Source: Aeriscardovia sp. (GTDB lineage: Bacteria; Actinomycetota; Actinomycetes; Actinomycetales; Bifidobacteriaceae). From it: a stretch of 64,000 nucleotides of DNA. The number at the start of each line of letters is the position of its first letter. Positions within the stretch are counted from its first letter, which is position 1. The stretch is taken from the NCBI GenBank assembly GCA_017632535.1, contig JAGBRC010000009.1:6162-70161 (forward strand), written 5' to 3'. The position numbers and the translations under genes were made by a program. Below, piece after piece: positions 18,296 to 28,809 of the stretch. Below the pieces are notes generated by a model. That model did not search any database and was not told the origin of the DNA. It was given only the letters and a program-made list of their open reading frames with translations.

Positions 18296-19063
18296 TCAAA
18301 GGATCCGTGGGACTGCCGGATAGGGGGAAAACGGCACAAAGGACGCCGGGGCCGCGTTTCCTATCTGCGCGCAGTAGAATCCGGGCTCCCGGGGGAAAAT
18401 TCCCAGGCCCTTTAAATCAAACTCATCAGGAAGGCTGAGGACGGCGAACCTTCTTTCCCCTCTGCCTGCGCGCCCAAGTGGGGAGAGTGGGGCGCCAGAG
18501 AGCCTAGAATAGAAGGAAGCCAAAGAGAGCGCTCCGGGAGAAAAGAGGATGCGCTCCGGGGCGAAGCATGACAAGGTCCTTGAAAAAAGCAGCCAGTTGG
18601 AACGCGGGACGAGCGAAAAATCGGCCCAAAAGATCGAAGTTTTGGGCGCGGGGGGCAATCTGAGCGCGAGGTCAGAGTCTTCCGGGTAGCTCAAAAGCTC
18701 CGCCGCTTTTTTAATCTCCACTTTCCTCACAGCTTCCGTCTCGCTGTCCTTCCACCTTTTGGCTCCCAACGCCTTTTGCGCCCCAGAGGCCAAAGGTCCT
18801 CTGATTTCCTCTCCCCGGAAGTAGAAGACCGTCTTTTGCCCGAACCGGGTGGGGTAAGAAGTGGAAGCCAAAAAACCCAGGATCCTGAGGCTCTGCCCCG
18901 TCTCTTCCTGCGCCTCCCTCACGGCGCACCTGGCTGCGCTTTCCCCTGCCTCTATCTGCCCTTTCGGCAGGCTCCAATCCTTGTAGAGGCTTCTATGGAC
19001 TACAAAGACCCGCCCCTTTTTCTCCAGGACCACCCCGGCGGCCCTCGTCCTCAGACTTGCCAT
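18296..19063 (-). CDS. NUDIX hydrolase with an uncharacterised C-terminal extension of about 115 aa
   Basis: Nudix box GQIEAGESAARCAVREAQEETGQ in the N-terminal half. The C-terminal half has no motif I recognise. Confidence 0.75.
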   Translation of the reverse strand: MASLRTRAAGVVLEKKGRVFVVHRSLYKDWSLPKGQIEAGESAARCAVREAQEETGQSLRILGFLASTSYPTRFGQKTVFYFRGEEIRGPLASGAQKALGAKRWKDSETEAVRKVEIKKAAELLSYPEDSDLALRLPPAPKTSIFWADFSLVPRSNWLLFSRTLSCFAPERILFSPGALSLASFYSRLSGAPLSPLGRAGRGERRFAVLSLPDEFDLKGLGIFPREPGFYCAQIGNAAPASFVPFSPYPAVPRIL

Positions 19064-19129
19064 TTCCCCTCTTTCGCCAAATTTTTGTATACCATTTCTA
19101 TTGAACTACATAGGAAGGCTGAACAGAGC

Positions 19130-20662
19130 ATGTCCCTTTACGGCAAATACCGCCCTGAAACTTTTTCCGAGGTCATCGGTCAGGACCTCATAACCAGCGC
19201 GCTTTCCAACGCAATAGACAATTCTAGAATTTCCCATGCCTACCTCTTTTCGGGCCCTAGAGGGTGCGGGAAAACCAGCTGCGCTAGGATTTTGGCGCGA
19301 TGCCTGAACTGCGCCGAAGGGCCCACCTCGCACCCCTGCGGGAAATGCGAAAGCTGTATTGAGCTGGGCCGGAACGGATCGGGCTCGATGGACGTCACGG
19401 AAATTGACGCGGCCAGCCACAACAGCGTGGAAGACGCGAGAAATCTGAGAGAGCAAGTACAGTTCTCCCCGGTCCGCGACAGGTACAAAGTCTTCATCTT
19501 AGACGAAGCCCACATGATCAGCACCCAGGGCTTTAACGCCCTCCTCAAAGTCGTAGAGGAGCCTCCCAAAAACACCGTCTTCATCTTCGCCACCACCGCC
19601 CCCGAAAAAGTAATCCCCACCATCCGATCGAGGACCGTGCACTACTCTTTCAGGCTCGTAGGCCCCGACATTATGAAGCCCTACCTAAAAGAAATCTGCC
19701 AAAAGGAAGGAGTGGAAGCCGACGGGGAGATCTTGGACATGGTAGTCCGCCAGGGAGGGGGATCGGTTAGAGACTCCCTCTCGGTTTTAGAAGAACTCAT
19801 CAACGGCCGCGAGGGTGACAAGCTCGATCCCAAGCGCTGCAGGGAGATTTTGGGCCTCCTCCCATCGGATCTGGTCGATGGATACTTGGAGGCTGTCCTT
19901 TCCGGGCAGAGCGCCAAGGCGTATGAGTTGGGGGCAAAGATCGGAACTTTCGAACCCTCGGCCCTTTTGGAGGCCTTGCTGGAGGCAGTAAGAAAGAGGC
20001 TGGTGGAGGCATTTTCAAAAGGGGAGGACGTCTCCAAACTCCTTTTCATTTCAGAATCCGTGCGGGATTACGCCCCCCTCTTCAAACTCCCCCTTTCCGA
20101 GAGGCTCTCTTGCGATCTTATGACTTCCAAGCTCCTCTCCCCCGTCCCTGCGCCCTCTGCCCCCCTGCAGCCCCCTTCCCGCACCGCCGAGCAGCCCTTA
20201 AAACCTCAAACCTTGGAAGCGCCCGCGAGGGCGGCGCAAATGCCGGGGCCGGGATTGAACGAATCGGAACTGCGCCAGAAGTGGAAGAGGGCCGTAGCCT
20301 CCCTCCCGGAAGAAGTCAGAAAACAGGTGGAAGAGGAAAAAATCCCGCGGGTGGACTTCATGCAGGCCGGAGCCGGCCTCAGCCTTCTTCTCACTTTCGC
20401 CACCCCTTTGGATCAGCACGCCTTCGCCCTGCGCTTCAACCGCACTATTCCCGACAAAGTAAAAGAGGCCGTGCAAAGGGAGTTTGGACCCGGCACCTCC
20501 ATCCGCCCCTCCCCTAAGACGGCCGACGGGAAGACCGTGACCAAAGTGCGCGAAATGAGCGCGGCCGAGCTGGCGGAGCTCTCGCGGCAGATGATGGAAG
20601 AAAAGCCTTTGAGCGTGGAAGAGATAGCTGAAAAAGTCGACGGACAAGTAATGGAGGAGTGA
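19130..20662 (+). CDS. dnaX: DNA polymerase III subunit gamma/tau
   Basis: ORF 18776..20662 trimmed to MSLYGKYRPETFSEVIGQ. Walker A GPRGCGKTS, zinc module CxxC..CGKCESC, and FILDEAHM. Pro-rich C-terminal region. Confidence 0.93.
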   Translation: MSLYGKYRPETFSEVIGQDLITSALSNAIDNSRISHAYLFSGPRGCGKTSCARILARCLNCAEGPTSHPCGKCESCIELGRNGSGSMDVTEIDAASHNSVEDARNLREQVQFSPVRDRYKVFILDEAHMISTQGFNALLKVVEEPPKNTVFIFATTAPEKVIPTIRSRTVHYSFRLVGPDIMKPYLKEICQKEGVEADGEILDMVVRQGGGSVRDSLSVLEELINGREGDKLDPKRCREILGLLPSDLVDGYLEAVLSGQSAKAYELGAKIGTFEPSALLEALLEAVRKRLVEAFSKGEDVSKLLFISESVRDYAPLFKLPLSERLSCDLMTSKLLSPVPAPSAPLQPPSRTAEQPLKPQTLEAPARAAQMPGPGLNESELRQKWKRAVASLPEEVRKQVEEEKIPRVDFMQAGAGLSLLLTFATPLDQHAFALRFNRTIPDKVKEAVQREFGPGTSIRPSPKTADGKTVTKVREMSAAELAELSRQMMEEKPLSVEEIAEKVDGQVMEE

Positions 20663-20663
20663 A

Positions 20664-21245
20664 GTGGACATAATCGAAGAAGCCATAGAGGCCTTCAGCC
20701 AGCTCCCCGGCATCGGCCCCAAGAGCGCAAAGCGCATCGTCTACTCACTTCTTTCCTCCCCCCAAAAGGGCCAAAAAATTGAAAGCGCGATAGAGAGGCT
20801 CTCCAAAGACATCTCGTTTTGCAAAATCTGCGGAAATGTGACGGACGGGGAGGTTTGCAAAATCTGCGCGGATCCTTCCAGAGAGAACGTGATATGCGTA
20901 GTGGGAAGGCCGCTGGACGTGATGAGCTTTGAAAAGACGGGGGTGTACCGCGGGCGCTACCACGTCCTGGGGGGGCTGATAGATCCTATGAGCGGGGTAG
21001 GCCCGGAGGATCTGAGGATTAGGGAGCTCAGGGAGAGGGTGGAAAAAGAGGGGACGAAGGAAGTCATCTTGGCCCTAGATTCCACCGTGGAGGGGGAGGC
21101 CACCTCCTCTTTCTTATCCTCCCTCCTGCGGGGCTCTGCAAAGATTTCACGCCTGGCCTCCGGGGTCCCGGTGGGATCCGAACTCGAATACACGGACGAA
21201 TTGACTTTATCTAGGGCTCTGACAGACCGGATGAAGGAAGGCTAA
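20664..21245 (+). CDS. recR: recombination protein RecR
   Basis: 193 aa, GTG start 1 nt after the dnaX stop. HhH N-terminus (LPGIGPKSAKRI), C4 zinc finger CKICGNV...CKIC and a Toprim region. Confidence 0.93.
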   Translation: MDIIEEAIEAFSQLPGIGPKSAKRIVYSLLSSPQKGQKIESAIERLSKDISFCKICGNVTDGEVCKICADPSRENVICVVGRPLDVMSFEKTGVYRGRYHVLGGLIDPMSGVGPEDLRIRELRERVEKEGTKEVILALDSTVEGEATSSFLSSLLRGSAKISRLASGVPVGSELEYTDELTLSRALTDRMKEG

Positions 21246-23170
21246 ATGGCGTCTGCGTCCGCAAATTGCGAGCGGTAGAGCTTGGCGTACTCGCCGTTTT
21301 TCTGCAGCAATTCCTCGTGGTTGCCCTTTTCCACAATATTTCCGTGGTTCACGACGAGGATGGTGTCCGCATCCCTGATGGTAGACAGGCGGTGGGCTAT
21401 GACGAAGCTGGTCCTGTCTCGGCTCAGGCTGCTCATGGCCTGCTGAACCAGCATTTCAGTGCGGGTGTCTACAGAGCTCGTAGCCTCGTCCAAGATGAGG
21501 ATGTCAGGCTGGGAGATGTAGGCGCGGCAGATTGTCAGAAGCTGCCTCTCGCCCTGGGAGAGCTGGGAGGCATCCGAATCTAGGATGGTTTCGTACCCGT
21601 TCTTCAATCCCCGCACGAAGTCGTCCACATGCGTCTTTCGGCAGTCTTCCATGAACTCTTCGTCGCTTATCGTTTCGCCGGGCTTTAGGCCGTAGAGCAG
21701 GTTCTCCTTTATGGTCCCTCTAAAGAGCCAGGTGTCTTGCAGGACCATGCCGAAGTGCGATCTGAGCTCCTGGCGCGTGACGCACTTGGTATTTATCCCG
21801 GAGACCTTTATTTCGCCCTTCTGAATCTCGTAGAAGCGCATGAGGAGGTTCACTATCGTGGTCTTGCCCGCGCCCGTCGGGCCCACGATGGCAATCATCT
21901 GGCCCGGAGAAGCGGAGAAGTTCAAGTTCTCTATTAAGGGGTCTTCGGGTACGTAGGAGAACCACACTCCCTCGAAGGACACCTTGCCCTCGAAGGGCTC
22001 CCCGTTCTCTCCGAAGTGCTCGGTAGCCTTGTCGGGCTCCTCGTTTTCCGCGTCCAAAAAGTCGAAGAACCTCTTGCAGGATGCGAGGGCGGACTGGACG
22101 TTTGTAGACATAGACGCCAGCTGCACGACGGGCCTCTGGATCTGGCGGGAGTACTGGGCGAAGGCCTGGAGATCTCCCAGGCTCATGTCGCCTTTGATGA
22201 CGGCTATGCCGCCGATTATCACTATCGCCACGAAGATGAGGTTGCCCAAGAACCCGTCCACTGGGTTCACCGCCCCCGACAGGGCCTGGGCCTTGTAGGT
22301 CACCTTGTAGAAGTGGTGGTTCTTTTTGTCGAAGGCGGCCTCGACTTCCTTTTGCTGGTTGTAGGCCTTTATGACTTCGTTTCCGGAGTACACTTCCTCC
22401 ACCTGGGACTGGATGTCGCCCGTAGCCTGCCACTGGGCTACAAAGGAAGGCTTGGACTTGTTTATGAAGATCTTGGTGATAAACACCACGATGCACAGGG
22501 CCCCTATGGTGCAAAGGGTGAAGACCCAGGAAATCGTGAACATCATAATCACGACCCCGAAGATCATGAAGGTGGAAAAGAGGAGCTGGGAAAGGATCTG
22601 CTGAAGGGAGGTGGTGATGTTGTCCACGTCGTTTGTGGTCGTAGACATTATCTGTCCCCTCGGCACAGAGTCGAAGTAGCTCAAGGGAAGGTGGTTTATC
22701 TTGTCTTCTATCTGCCGCCTCATCTCGAAGACCGATTTGGCGATCACCTTGGCCAGGAGCCAGTTTTCAAATACCCTCAGCCCCACGGCTATAAGGTAGA
22801 TGACCCCCACCCAGACCAAAAGGATCGCAAAGTACCTCCAGTCCATACCGATTTTCAGGTTTATGCTCATGGCCTGGACCATGTCGGCGAGCTTGCCCAT
22901 GCCGTGGGCGTCCATGAGGCGGATGATGACGGACTTTGGGGTTCCCGGCTTAAAGCCCGCATCCATGAGCTTTTGGCTCATGAGCCCGGAAAAGAGGACG
23001 TTGGTGGCGGTGCCTAGGAGCCTTGGCCCGAGGACCGTCAAAAATACGCCCACAAGGCCTGAAAGGATCGTCAAAATCAGGGCGAGCTTGTACTTGAAAA
23101 GATAGGAGCAAAGCCTCTTTATGAGGGTCCTTTCCTCCTTGCCTGTAATCAATCTCTTGTATCCGGCCAT
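21242..23170 (-). CDS. ABC exporter, fused permease/ATPase (half of a heterodimeric pair)
   Basis: 642 aa. N-terminal 6-TM exporter domain, Walker A GPTGAGKTT, signature LSQGERQ, Walker B ILILDEATS. Confidence 0.9.
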   Translation of the reverse strand: MAGYKRLITGKEERTLIKRLCSYLFKYKLALILTILSGLVGVFLTVLGPRLLGTATNVLFSGLMSQKLMDAGFKPGTPKSVIIRLMDAHGMGKLADMVQAMSINLKIGMDWRYFAILLVWVGVIYLIAVGLRVFENWLLAKVIAKSVFEMRRQIEDKINHLPLSYFDSVPRGQIMSTTTNDVDNITTSLQQILSQLLFSTFMIFGVVIMMFTISWVFTLCTIGALCIVVFITKIFINKSKPSFVAQWQATGDIQSQVEEVYSGNEVIKAYNQQKEVEAAFDKKNHHFYKVTYKAQALSGAVNPVDGFLGNLIFVAIVIIGGIAVIKGDMSLGDLQAFAQYSRQIQRPVVQLASMSTNVQSALASCKRFFDFLDAENEEPDKATEHFGENGEPFEGKVSFEGVWFSYVPEDPLIENLNFSASPGQMIAIVGPTGAGKTTIVNLLMRFYEIQKGEIKVSGINTKCVTRQELRSHFGMVLQDTWLFRGTIKENLLYGLKPGETISDEEFMEDCRKTHVDDFVRGLKNGYETILDSDASQLSQGERQLLTICRAYISQPDILILDEATSSVDTRTEMLVQQAMSSLSRDRTSFVIAHRLSTIRDADTILVVNHGNIVEKGNHEELLQKNGEYAKLYRSQFADADAI

Positions 23171-23171
23171 C

Positions 23172-24905
23172 TCACTCCTGAATTGTTCCAGTCTGGGAGG
23201 CCACTATCTGTTCGTAGGTCTGGCAGTTTTTCATGAGCTCTTCATGGCTCCCTTCGCCTACGATCTTCCCGCGGTCCAAAACGATTATCTTTTTGGCGCT
23301 CATTATGGAGCTGGCCCGCTGGGCCACAAGGAGCATGGAAGAATCCCGGGTTACGGGGACCAGGGCTTCTCGAAGCTTCCTGTCGGTAGCCATGTCGAGG
23401 GCGGAAAAGGCGTCGTCAAAAGTGTAGACGGGGGCGCCCTTGAGGATGGCCCTGGCTATGCACAGCCTCTGCTTTTGGCCACCTGAAAAGTTAGTCCCCC
23501 CTTCCGACACCCTGTAGTCGAGCCCCTCTCCAAATCCTTCCACGAAGTCCTTGGCCTGCGCTATCTCGAGCGCAGCCCATATCTCTTCGTCGGTGGCGTC
23601 TTCTTTGCCGAACTTCATGTTGCTCCGGATGGTCCCGGTAAAGAGCTTCGCCGTCTGAAAGACCGGGGCAAAGAATCGGGAAAGGTAGTCCGGGTCGAAC
23701 TCCTTGAGGCTGTGGCCGTCCAAAAGGACCTCCCCTTCGTCCGGGTCATAAATCCTTTGGGCCAGAGACAGGATCGTGCTCTTCCCGCTGCCTGTGGCGC
23801 CTATAAAGGCCGTAGTCTCCCCCACCTCGGCCTTAAAGCTTATGTGCTCTATGGCCTCATGCTTGTCGGAAGAGGGGTAGGCAAAGGAGACGTCTCGAAA
23901 TTCTATTTCTCCTTTTACGGATTTTGGCTTGTAGGGATCCTTTGGGAAAGAGAGGCTGTTTTTGTCATCTGTGACCTGCAGCAGCCTTCCGCTAGACACC
24001 GCCGCCCTGGGGAGCCTTACCGACATCATTGCGGCCATCATGAAACCCATGAGGACGATCATGAGGTACTGGATGAAAGCCTGAAGGGCTCCGATTGGCA
24101 TGTGGCCGGCTTCGATCAGCTTTCCGCCGAACCACATTATTGCCACGTCCGCGATGCTGGTAATAAACCAAAGGATCGGCCCCATGGAGCCCATCCAGAA
24201 GCCTATGGGAACCAAGAGGTCGTAAGTGTCCTTGTTGACCTTCCCGAACCTCTTCTCTTCAGTCCCCTCCCTGGTAAAGGCCCTTATGACGCGCACGCCC
24301 GTGATTTGTTCGCGGATGACGGAGTTGAGGGAGTCGAAGATCTTTTGCAGCTTCCTAAACAGGGGCCCCATCTTCCTAAAGATCAGGGTGACTACTACCA
24401 TAATCACGGGCAAAACCAGTGCGAGGGACCAGGTCAGCGGCCCGTTTTGGTATACCGCCATCACGAGGCCGCCTATAAACATTACGGGAGCCTGGAGCAC
24501 GAAGAGCAGGGCTTGGAACGTGGCGCTCTGCACCTGTTGCACGTCGTTGGTGGACCTTGTAATCAGAGAATCTACCGAGTACTTGTCGGTCTCCTTTTTG
24601 CTCAAAGATTCTACCGAGTAGAAGAAGTCTTTCCTCGCTTGAAACCCTATCCTCGTGCTCAAAAACGAGGAGAGCATGACGGCGGCCACATTGCATGCGC
24701 CCTGCACCAGGGCGATGATTATCATAATCCAGCCTATGCGGTAGATGGCGCGCTCGTCCCCGGCGGCCACGCCCTGATCTATGATTTCCGCCTGCAGATT
24801 TGGAAGGTAGAGGTTTAAGCAGGCCTGCCCGATTTGGAAGATGAGCAATCCGAGGAGCGCCAACTTGTAAGGCTTAAGGTAGCGCCTCCAAAGTTTGACG
24901 AGCAT
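23172..24905 (-). CDS. ABC exporter, fused permease/ATPase (partner half-transporter)
   Basis: 577 aa. TM domain, Walker A GATGSGKST, signature FSGGQKQR, Walker B VYTFDDAFS. Ends 1 nt before the next ABC gene starts. Confidence 0.9.
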   Translation of the reverse strand: MLVKLWRRYLKPYKLALLGLLIFQIGQACLNLYLPNLQAEIIDQGVAAGDERAIYRIGWIMIIIALVQGACNVAAVMLSSFLSTRIGFQARKDFFYSVESLSKKETDKYSVDSLITRSTNDVQQVQSATFQALLFVLQAPVMFIGGLVMAVYQNGPLTWSLALVLPVIMVVVTLIFRKMGPLFRKLQKIFDSLNSVIREQITGVRVIRAFTREGTEEKRFGKVNKDTYDLLVPIGFWMGSMGPILWFITSIADVAIMWFGGKLIEAGHMPIGALQAFIQYLMIVLMGFMMAAMMSVRLPRAAVSSGRLLQVTDDKNSLSFPKDPYKPKSVKGEIEFRDVSFAYPSSDKHEAIEHISFKAEVGETTAFIGATGSGKSTILSLAQRIYDPDEGEVLLDGHSLKEFDPDYLSRFFAPVFQTAKLFTGTIRSNMKFGKEDATDEEIWAALEIAQAKDFVEGFGEGLDYRVSEGGTNFSGGQKQRLCIARAILKGAPVYTFDDAFSALDMATDRKLREALVPVTRDSSMLLVAQRASSIMSAKKIIVLDRGKIVGEGSHEELMKNCQTYEQIVASQTGTIQE

Positions 24906-24910
24906 TTTTT

Positions 24911-25261
24911 TTACACAGCCGTTCCATTCTCATCCAAATACGGGTTTACGTCCTTGGGGCTCTGGAGGATGAAAAGCATAAGGACGGTGGCTATAAAGAC
25001 CGCACTCACTGAAATCGTGGCCCACATTGCCAGATCTGGGAGCCAGATTATTACAAAAAACACTATCCCGGACAGAGCCATAACAACCCAATTGACAATC
25101 TTTGCAATTCCCCACCCGCTGTGGTACCTCTTGCCCATGGGGTCTGGCCTCTCGCCCTGCTCGGCCAGATCTGGCCTCCATTTAGCTTGGGGCGGCTTAG
25201 GGGATTCTTTTTTCTCTTTGACCATTTTTTCGTTCCGTACTGGCGACTGGCGCCGAAACAA
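24911..25261 (-). CDS. hypothetical small membrane protein (two predicted TM helices)
   Basis: 116-aa ORF, basic N-terminus followed by two hydrophobic stretches (IVNWVVMALSGIVFFVIIW, WATISVSAVFIATVLMLFIL). Its stop is 5 nt upstream of the first ABC exporter gene on the same strand. No recognisable family, and the start is uncertain. Confidence 0.45.
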   Translation of the reverse strand: MFRRQSPVRNEKMVKEKKESPKPPQAKWRPDLAEQGERPDPMGKRYHSGWGIAKIVNWVVMALSGIVFFVIIWLPDLAMWATISVSAVFIATVLMLFILQSPKDVNPYLDENGTAV

Positions 25262-25322
25262 TACAAATCCCTTTAGTTTATCTGACTAATTATATCCTAC
25301 AGGGTTTGAGGGCTTTGAAGGC

Positions 25323-26540
25323 TCAGTCTAGGAAGCGGTCCATGAGGGACCTGGCCAGAAAGTCGTTTAAAAGGCGCCCCTGCCGGGTGGGGACGAGGGA
25401 TCCCCCGCGGATGTGGGCGAGGCCCTCGAAAGGCGGAAGCTCCCCTATAACTCGCCTTCCCAGCCTCTCTTCTAGGTTTTTCAAATTCAGCCCTTCCCGG
25501 AGGCGGACCCCCAAAAAGATCTCCTCTTCCGCCTCTTCCTTCTCTCCTAGAACTTCCCCCTCCCAGGGAAGATCGTCCGACAGCACTCTTTCGCTCCAGC
25601 GCCCCGGCCGGGAAAAATCCCAAAAGCGGAGGTTGGAGAAGTGGGAATGGGCCCCGGGCCCCAGGCCTATCCAGTCGTCCCCTCTCCAATACCCCAGGTT
25701 GTGTAGGCACTCTTTTCCCTCCCTGGCCCAGTTTGACACTTCGTACCACTTGTACCCGCGCCGGGAGAGGATGGAGTCTGCGATCTCGTAGTCCATGGCC
25801 TGGGCTGAGTCGCTTTCCTCCTTTATCTTCCCTCTTTCCAGCATCCTTCCCATCTTTGTGCGCGGATAGATGCTCAAAGCGTAGCAGGAGACGTGGTCGA
25901 GCCCGAGGGAGGCGGTCTTCCTCACGCTCCTCTCCCACTCCCCCCTTTTTTCCGAAGGGGTCCCGTAGATGAGGTCGGCGCTGCACTCCAGGCCCGCCTT
26001 CCTGGCCCCCCGCACGGCCCTCCAGGCGGCCTGGGGCGAATGGGTCCTGTCCAAAATTTTCAAAATCCTGGGCTCCCAGGATTGGACTCCAAATGAGACA
26101 CGGGTAAATCCCGCGCGCCTGAGGGAAAAAAGCTTTTTCGGATCCACCGTGTCGGGGTTGGCTTCGAGGCTGACCTCCGCTCCCTCGTCTATGCCCCAGG
26201 TGCGCCTCACGGCCTGGAGGATGGAAGAAAGCTGGGAGGGCCTTAATGCGGTAGGGGTTCCCCCCCCAAAAAATACGCTGGAAGCCGCTTTTACGGGCAC
26301 CCCGTGCTCCTCTTGCCATCTTCTGGCCGCCCTCATCTCCCTTTCCAAAAGCGCGGGGTAAGACTCCCTGTCAAACCCGGGGGCGAGGGAAAAGGAGGTA
26401 AAGGTGTTGAAGTTGCAGTAGCCGCACCGGCGCAGGCAGAAGGGGACGTGGACGTAGACCCTGAAAGGCCTGTCGGTTGGAAGGTAGGCCTCCCCCAGCT
26501 CCTTTGGCCCGGCGGGGGGGCGGGTGTTTGAAAAGCTCAC
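25323..26540 (-). CDS. hemW: radical SAM heme chaperone HemW (HemN-like, oxygen-independent coproporphyrinogen oxidase family)
   Basis: 405 aa. [12 protein letters not shown] (CxxxCxxC), FFGGGTP. Conserved position immediately downstream of lepA with a 4-nt overlap. Confidence 0.85.
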   Translation of the reverse strand: MSFSNTRPPAGPKELGEAYLPTDRPFRVYVHVPFCLRRCGYCNFNTFTSFSLAPGFDRESYPALLEREMRAARRWQEEHGVPVKAASSVFFGGGTPTALRPSQLSSILQAVRRTWGIDEGAEVSLEANPDTVDPKKLFSLRRAGFTRVSFGVQSWEPRILKILDRTHSPQAAWRAVRGARKAGLECSADLIYGTPSEKRGEWERSVRKTASLGLDHVSCYALSIYPRTKMGRMLERGKIKEESDSAQAMDYEIADSILSRRGYKWYEVSNWAREGKECLHNLGYWRGDDWIGLGPGAHSHFSNLRFWDFSRPGRWSERVLSDDLPWEGEVLGEKEEAEEEIFLGVRLREGLNLKNLEERLGRRVIGELPPFEGLAHIRGGSLVPTRQGRLLNDFLARSLMDRFLD

Positions 26541-28405
26541 TTTTTTGCGTGCGCCTTAAGCTTTTCCCGGATGTCTTTGTCGTCCAGATCTTCCAGGCTC
26601 AAAGCCGAGATGAACGCCTCCTGCGGGATGGCGACGTTGCCTATCATCTTCATCTTCTTTTTGCCCTCGCGCTGCTTTTCCAAAAGCTTCCTCTTGCGGG
26701 TGATGTCCCCGCCATAGCACTTGGCCAAAACGTCCTTCCTGAGGGGGCTGATGGTCTCCCGGGCTATGACCCTCTGTCCGATCGCGGCCTGTATCGGAAT
26801 CTCGAACTGCTGGCGGGGGATGAGCTTTTTAAGCTTCTTTGTCATCTTGAGGCCGTATTCGTAGGCCTTGTCTTTGTGGCAGATGGCGCTCAGGGCGTCG
26901 GAAAGCTCGCCGTGGATGAGGATGTCTACGCGCACCAGGTCCGCCTTCTCCTCTCCCGCAGGGGCGTAGTCCAAAGTGGCGTATCCCTTAGTGCGGCTCT
27001 TCAACTGGTCGAAAAAGCCGAAGATAATTTCCCCTGTGGGCATTTTGTACCTCAGGCACACCCCGTCGGGGCCCAGGTACTCCATTCCAAGCATCTTGCC
27101 TCTGTGCTCCTGGCAAAGCTTCATCACATCCCCCACATACTCCTTTGGGGTGATGATGGAGGCCTCTATCACGGGCTCGTAGACCGCCTTCACTTTGTTT
27201 TCAGGAAACTGGGTGGGGTTGGTTACGGTCACTTCGCTTCCGTCGGCCATTTCCACCCTGTAGTGCACGTTGGGGGCGGTGGAGATGAGTTCTAGCCCAA
27301 ACTCCCTTTCCAGCCTCTCTATCACTATCTGCATGTGCAAAAGCCCGAGAAAGCCGCACCTAAACCCGAAGCCCAGCGCGCTGCTGGTCTCAGGGGTGTA
27401 GCTTATAGAGGCGTCGTTTAGGCGCAGCTTGTCCAAAGACTGGCGAAGGAGCGGGAACTGGTCAGTTTCCAAGGGAAAAATCCCGGCGTAGACCATGCTC
27501 TCGGGAGCCTTGTAGCCTTTGAGGGGCTCGGAGGCGAGGCTCCTTTCGCATGTGATAGTGTCCCCTACCTGCGCCTGGCGCACATCCTTGATGCCGGTTA
27601 TGACGTATCCCACCTGCCCGGTCGTGAGCATTTCTACCGGACGCATGAAGGGGTCCACGATCCCGAGCTCCAAGGGGACAAGAGAGGACCCCGACTTCAT
27701 TTGGATAATCCTGTCTTTGGCCTCTATCCTCCCATCCACTAGGCGGATGTAGGTGATGATTCCCCTGTAGGCGTCATACTGTGAGTCAAAGATTAAAGCC
27801 CTCGTGGGGGCGTCGGGGTCGCCCGAGGGCGCGGGGACTTTTTCCACTATGGCGTCCAAGAGCTCTTTTACCCCCACCCCCGTCTTTGCCGACACTTCCA
27901 TGACTTCTTCAGGGCTCACCCCCAAAAGATCGCAGAGGGTGGCCCTGACCTCTTCCGTCTTCGCCCCCGGGAGATCGATCTTGTTTAAAACGGGAATTAT
28001 GGCCAGATCGTTTTGCAGGGCGAGGTAAAGGTTGCTCAAAGTTTGGGCTTCTATGCCTTGGGTGGCGTCCACCAGGAGAACGCACCCCTCGCAGGCGGCC
28101 AGGGCCCTGGAGACTTCGTAGTTGAAGTCGACGTGGCCCGGGGTGTCGATCATGGAAAGGGCGTAGGTTTTGCCGCCCTTTTCCCAGTTGACGGTCACAG
28201 CCTGGGACTTTATCGTTATCCCCCGCTCCCGCTCTATATCCATTGAGTCAAGATACTGATCGCGCATCTGACGGTCCGAGAGGGCCCCCGTTAGGGACAA
28301 GATTCTGTCCGCCAAGGTAGATTTGCCGTGGTCAATGTGGGCTATGATTGAGAAATTGCGTATGAGTTCCTGGGGGAAAAAGGTTTCAGGTTCAGAGTTT
28401 GTCAC
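26537..28405 (-). CDS. lepA: translation elongation factor 4 (LepA)
   Basis: 622 aa. [33 protein letters not shown] and the LepA-specific C-terminal domain. Confidence 0.97.
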   Translation of the reverse strand: MTNSEPETFFPQELIRNFSIIAHIDHGKSTLADRILSLTGALSDRQMRDQYLDSMDIERERGITIKSQAVTVNWEKGGKTYALSMIDTPGHVDFNYEVSRALAACEGCVLLVDATQGIEAQTLSNLYLALQNDLAIIPVLNKIDLPGAKTEEVRATLCDLLGVSPEEVMEVSAKTGVGVKELLDAIVEKVPAPSGDPDAPTRALIFDSQYDAYRGIITYIRLVDGRIEAKDRIIQMKSGSSLVPLELGIVDPFMRPVEMLTTGQVGYVITGIKDVRQAQVGDTITCERSLASEPLKGYKAPESMVYAGIFPLETDQFPLLRQSLDKLRLNDASISYTPETSSALGFGFRCGFLGLLHMQIVIERLEREFGLELISTAPNVHYRVEMADGSEVTVTNPTQFPENKVKAVYEPVIEASIITPKEYVGDVMKLCQEHRGKMLGMEYLGPDGVCLRYKMPTGEIIFGFFDQLKSRTKGYATLDYAPAGEEKADLVRVDILIHGELSDALSAICHKDKAYEYGLKMTKKLKKLIPRQQFEIPIQAAIGQRVIARETISPLRKDVLAKCYGGDITRKRKLLEKQREGKKKMKMIGNVAIPQEAFISALSLEDLDDKDIREKLKAHAKK

Positions 28406-28435
28406 GTGCGCACCTTAGATTGGCCCGAGCCGTTT

Positions 28436-28464
28436 TTGAAATTAATCCCAATAAAGTGTAGCAT
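28436..28464 (+). promoter_or_regulatory. candidate promoter of rpsT
   Basis: TTGAAA (28436-28441), a 17-nt spacer, then TAGCAT (28459-28464), about 35 nt upstream of the proposed rpsT start. Sequence match only. Confidence 0.35.
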
Positions 28465-28498
28465 TCTAGTAAAAAGAACTTAGTCTTTGGAGTTTGTA

Positions 28499-28759
28499 GT
28501 GGCTAACATAAAGCAGCAAAAGAAGCGCGTCCTCACCAATGAGAAGGCGCACGAGAGGAACGTGGCGGTAAAGAGCCGCCTCAAGACTGCGGTGCGCAAG
28601 GTGCGCGAATGCATAAGCGCCGGGGAGAAAGAAGCGGCGGCGGTCGAGTACAGAAACTGCGCCCGCCTTCTCGATAAGGCCGTCAGCAAGGGCGTCATAC
28701 ACAAGAACCAGGCGGCCGACAGGAAGAGCAACTTGGCTTTGGCTATAAACAAGCTCTAA
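28499..28759 (+). CDS. rpsT: 30S ribosomal protein S20
   Basis: ORF 28487..28759 trimmed to GTG 28499, giving (M)[20 protein letters not shown], the canonical S20 N-terminus. Divergent from lepA, as in many bacteria. Confidence 0.9.
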   Translation: MANIKQQKKRVLTNEKAHERNVAVKSRLKTAVRKVRECISAGEKEAAAVEYRNCARLLDKAVSKGVIHKNQAADRKSNLALAINKL

Positions 28760-28776
28760 TCTGAGGACAAAAATAA

Positions 28777-28799
28777 GGGGGCGGCGCCCCCCTTTTTTT
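28777..28799. terminator. bidirectional intrinsic terminator between rpsT (+) and rplY (-)
   Basis: GGGGGC-GGC-GCCCCC hairpin (6-bp GC stem) preceded by AAAAATAA and followed by TTTTTTT. Lies between convergent genes. Confidence 0.75.
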
Positions 28800-28809
28800 A
28801 TGCCCTGCC

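Noticed and set aside
18776-19129. 118-codon upstream extension of dnaX. There are similar upstream extensions of tpiA (10972..11217), pgsA (60779..61075), the cinA-like gene (61572..61706), recA (62779..62841), lysS, era, gpmA, Nif3 and rplI.
   Set aside because: The extensions overlap neighbouring well-supported genes or lack homology-like sequence. In each case an internal start with a Shine-Dalgarno motif reproduces the canonical N-terminus of the family.
26260-26267. Homopolymer runs of 8 nt inside genes as possible phase-variation switches: C8/G8 in hemW, G8 at 58563-58570 in menA, and A8 at 31093-31100 in the acyl-CoA ligase.
   Set aside because: Each run simply encodes conserved residues in frame (FFGGGTP in HemW, LPPL in MenA, GRKKN in the ligase). 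There is no evidence of frame disruption, and such runs are expected at this base composition.
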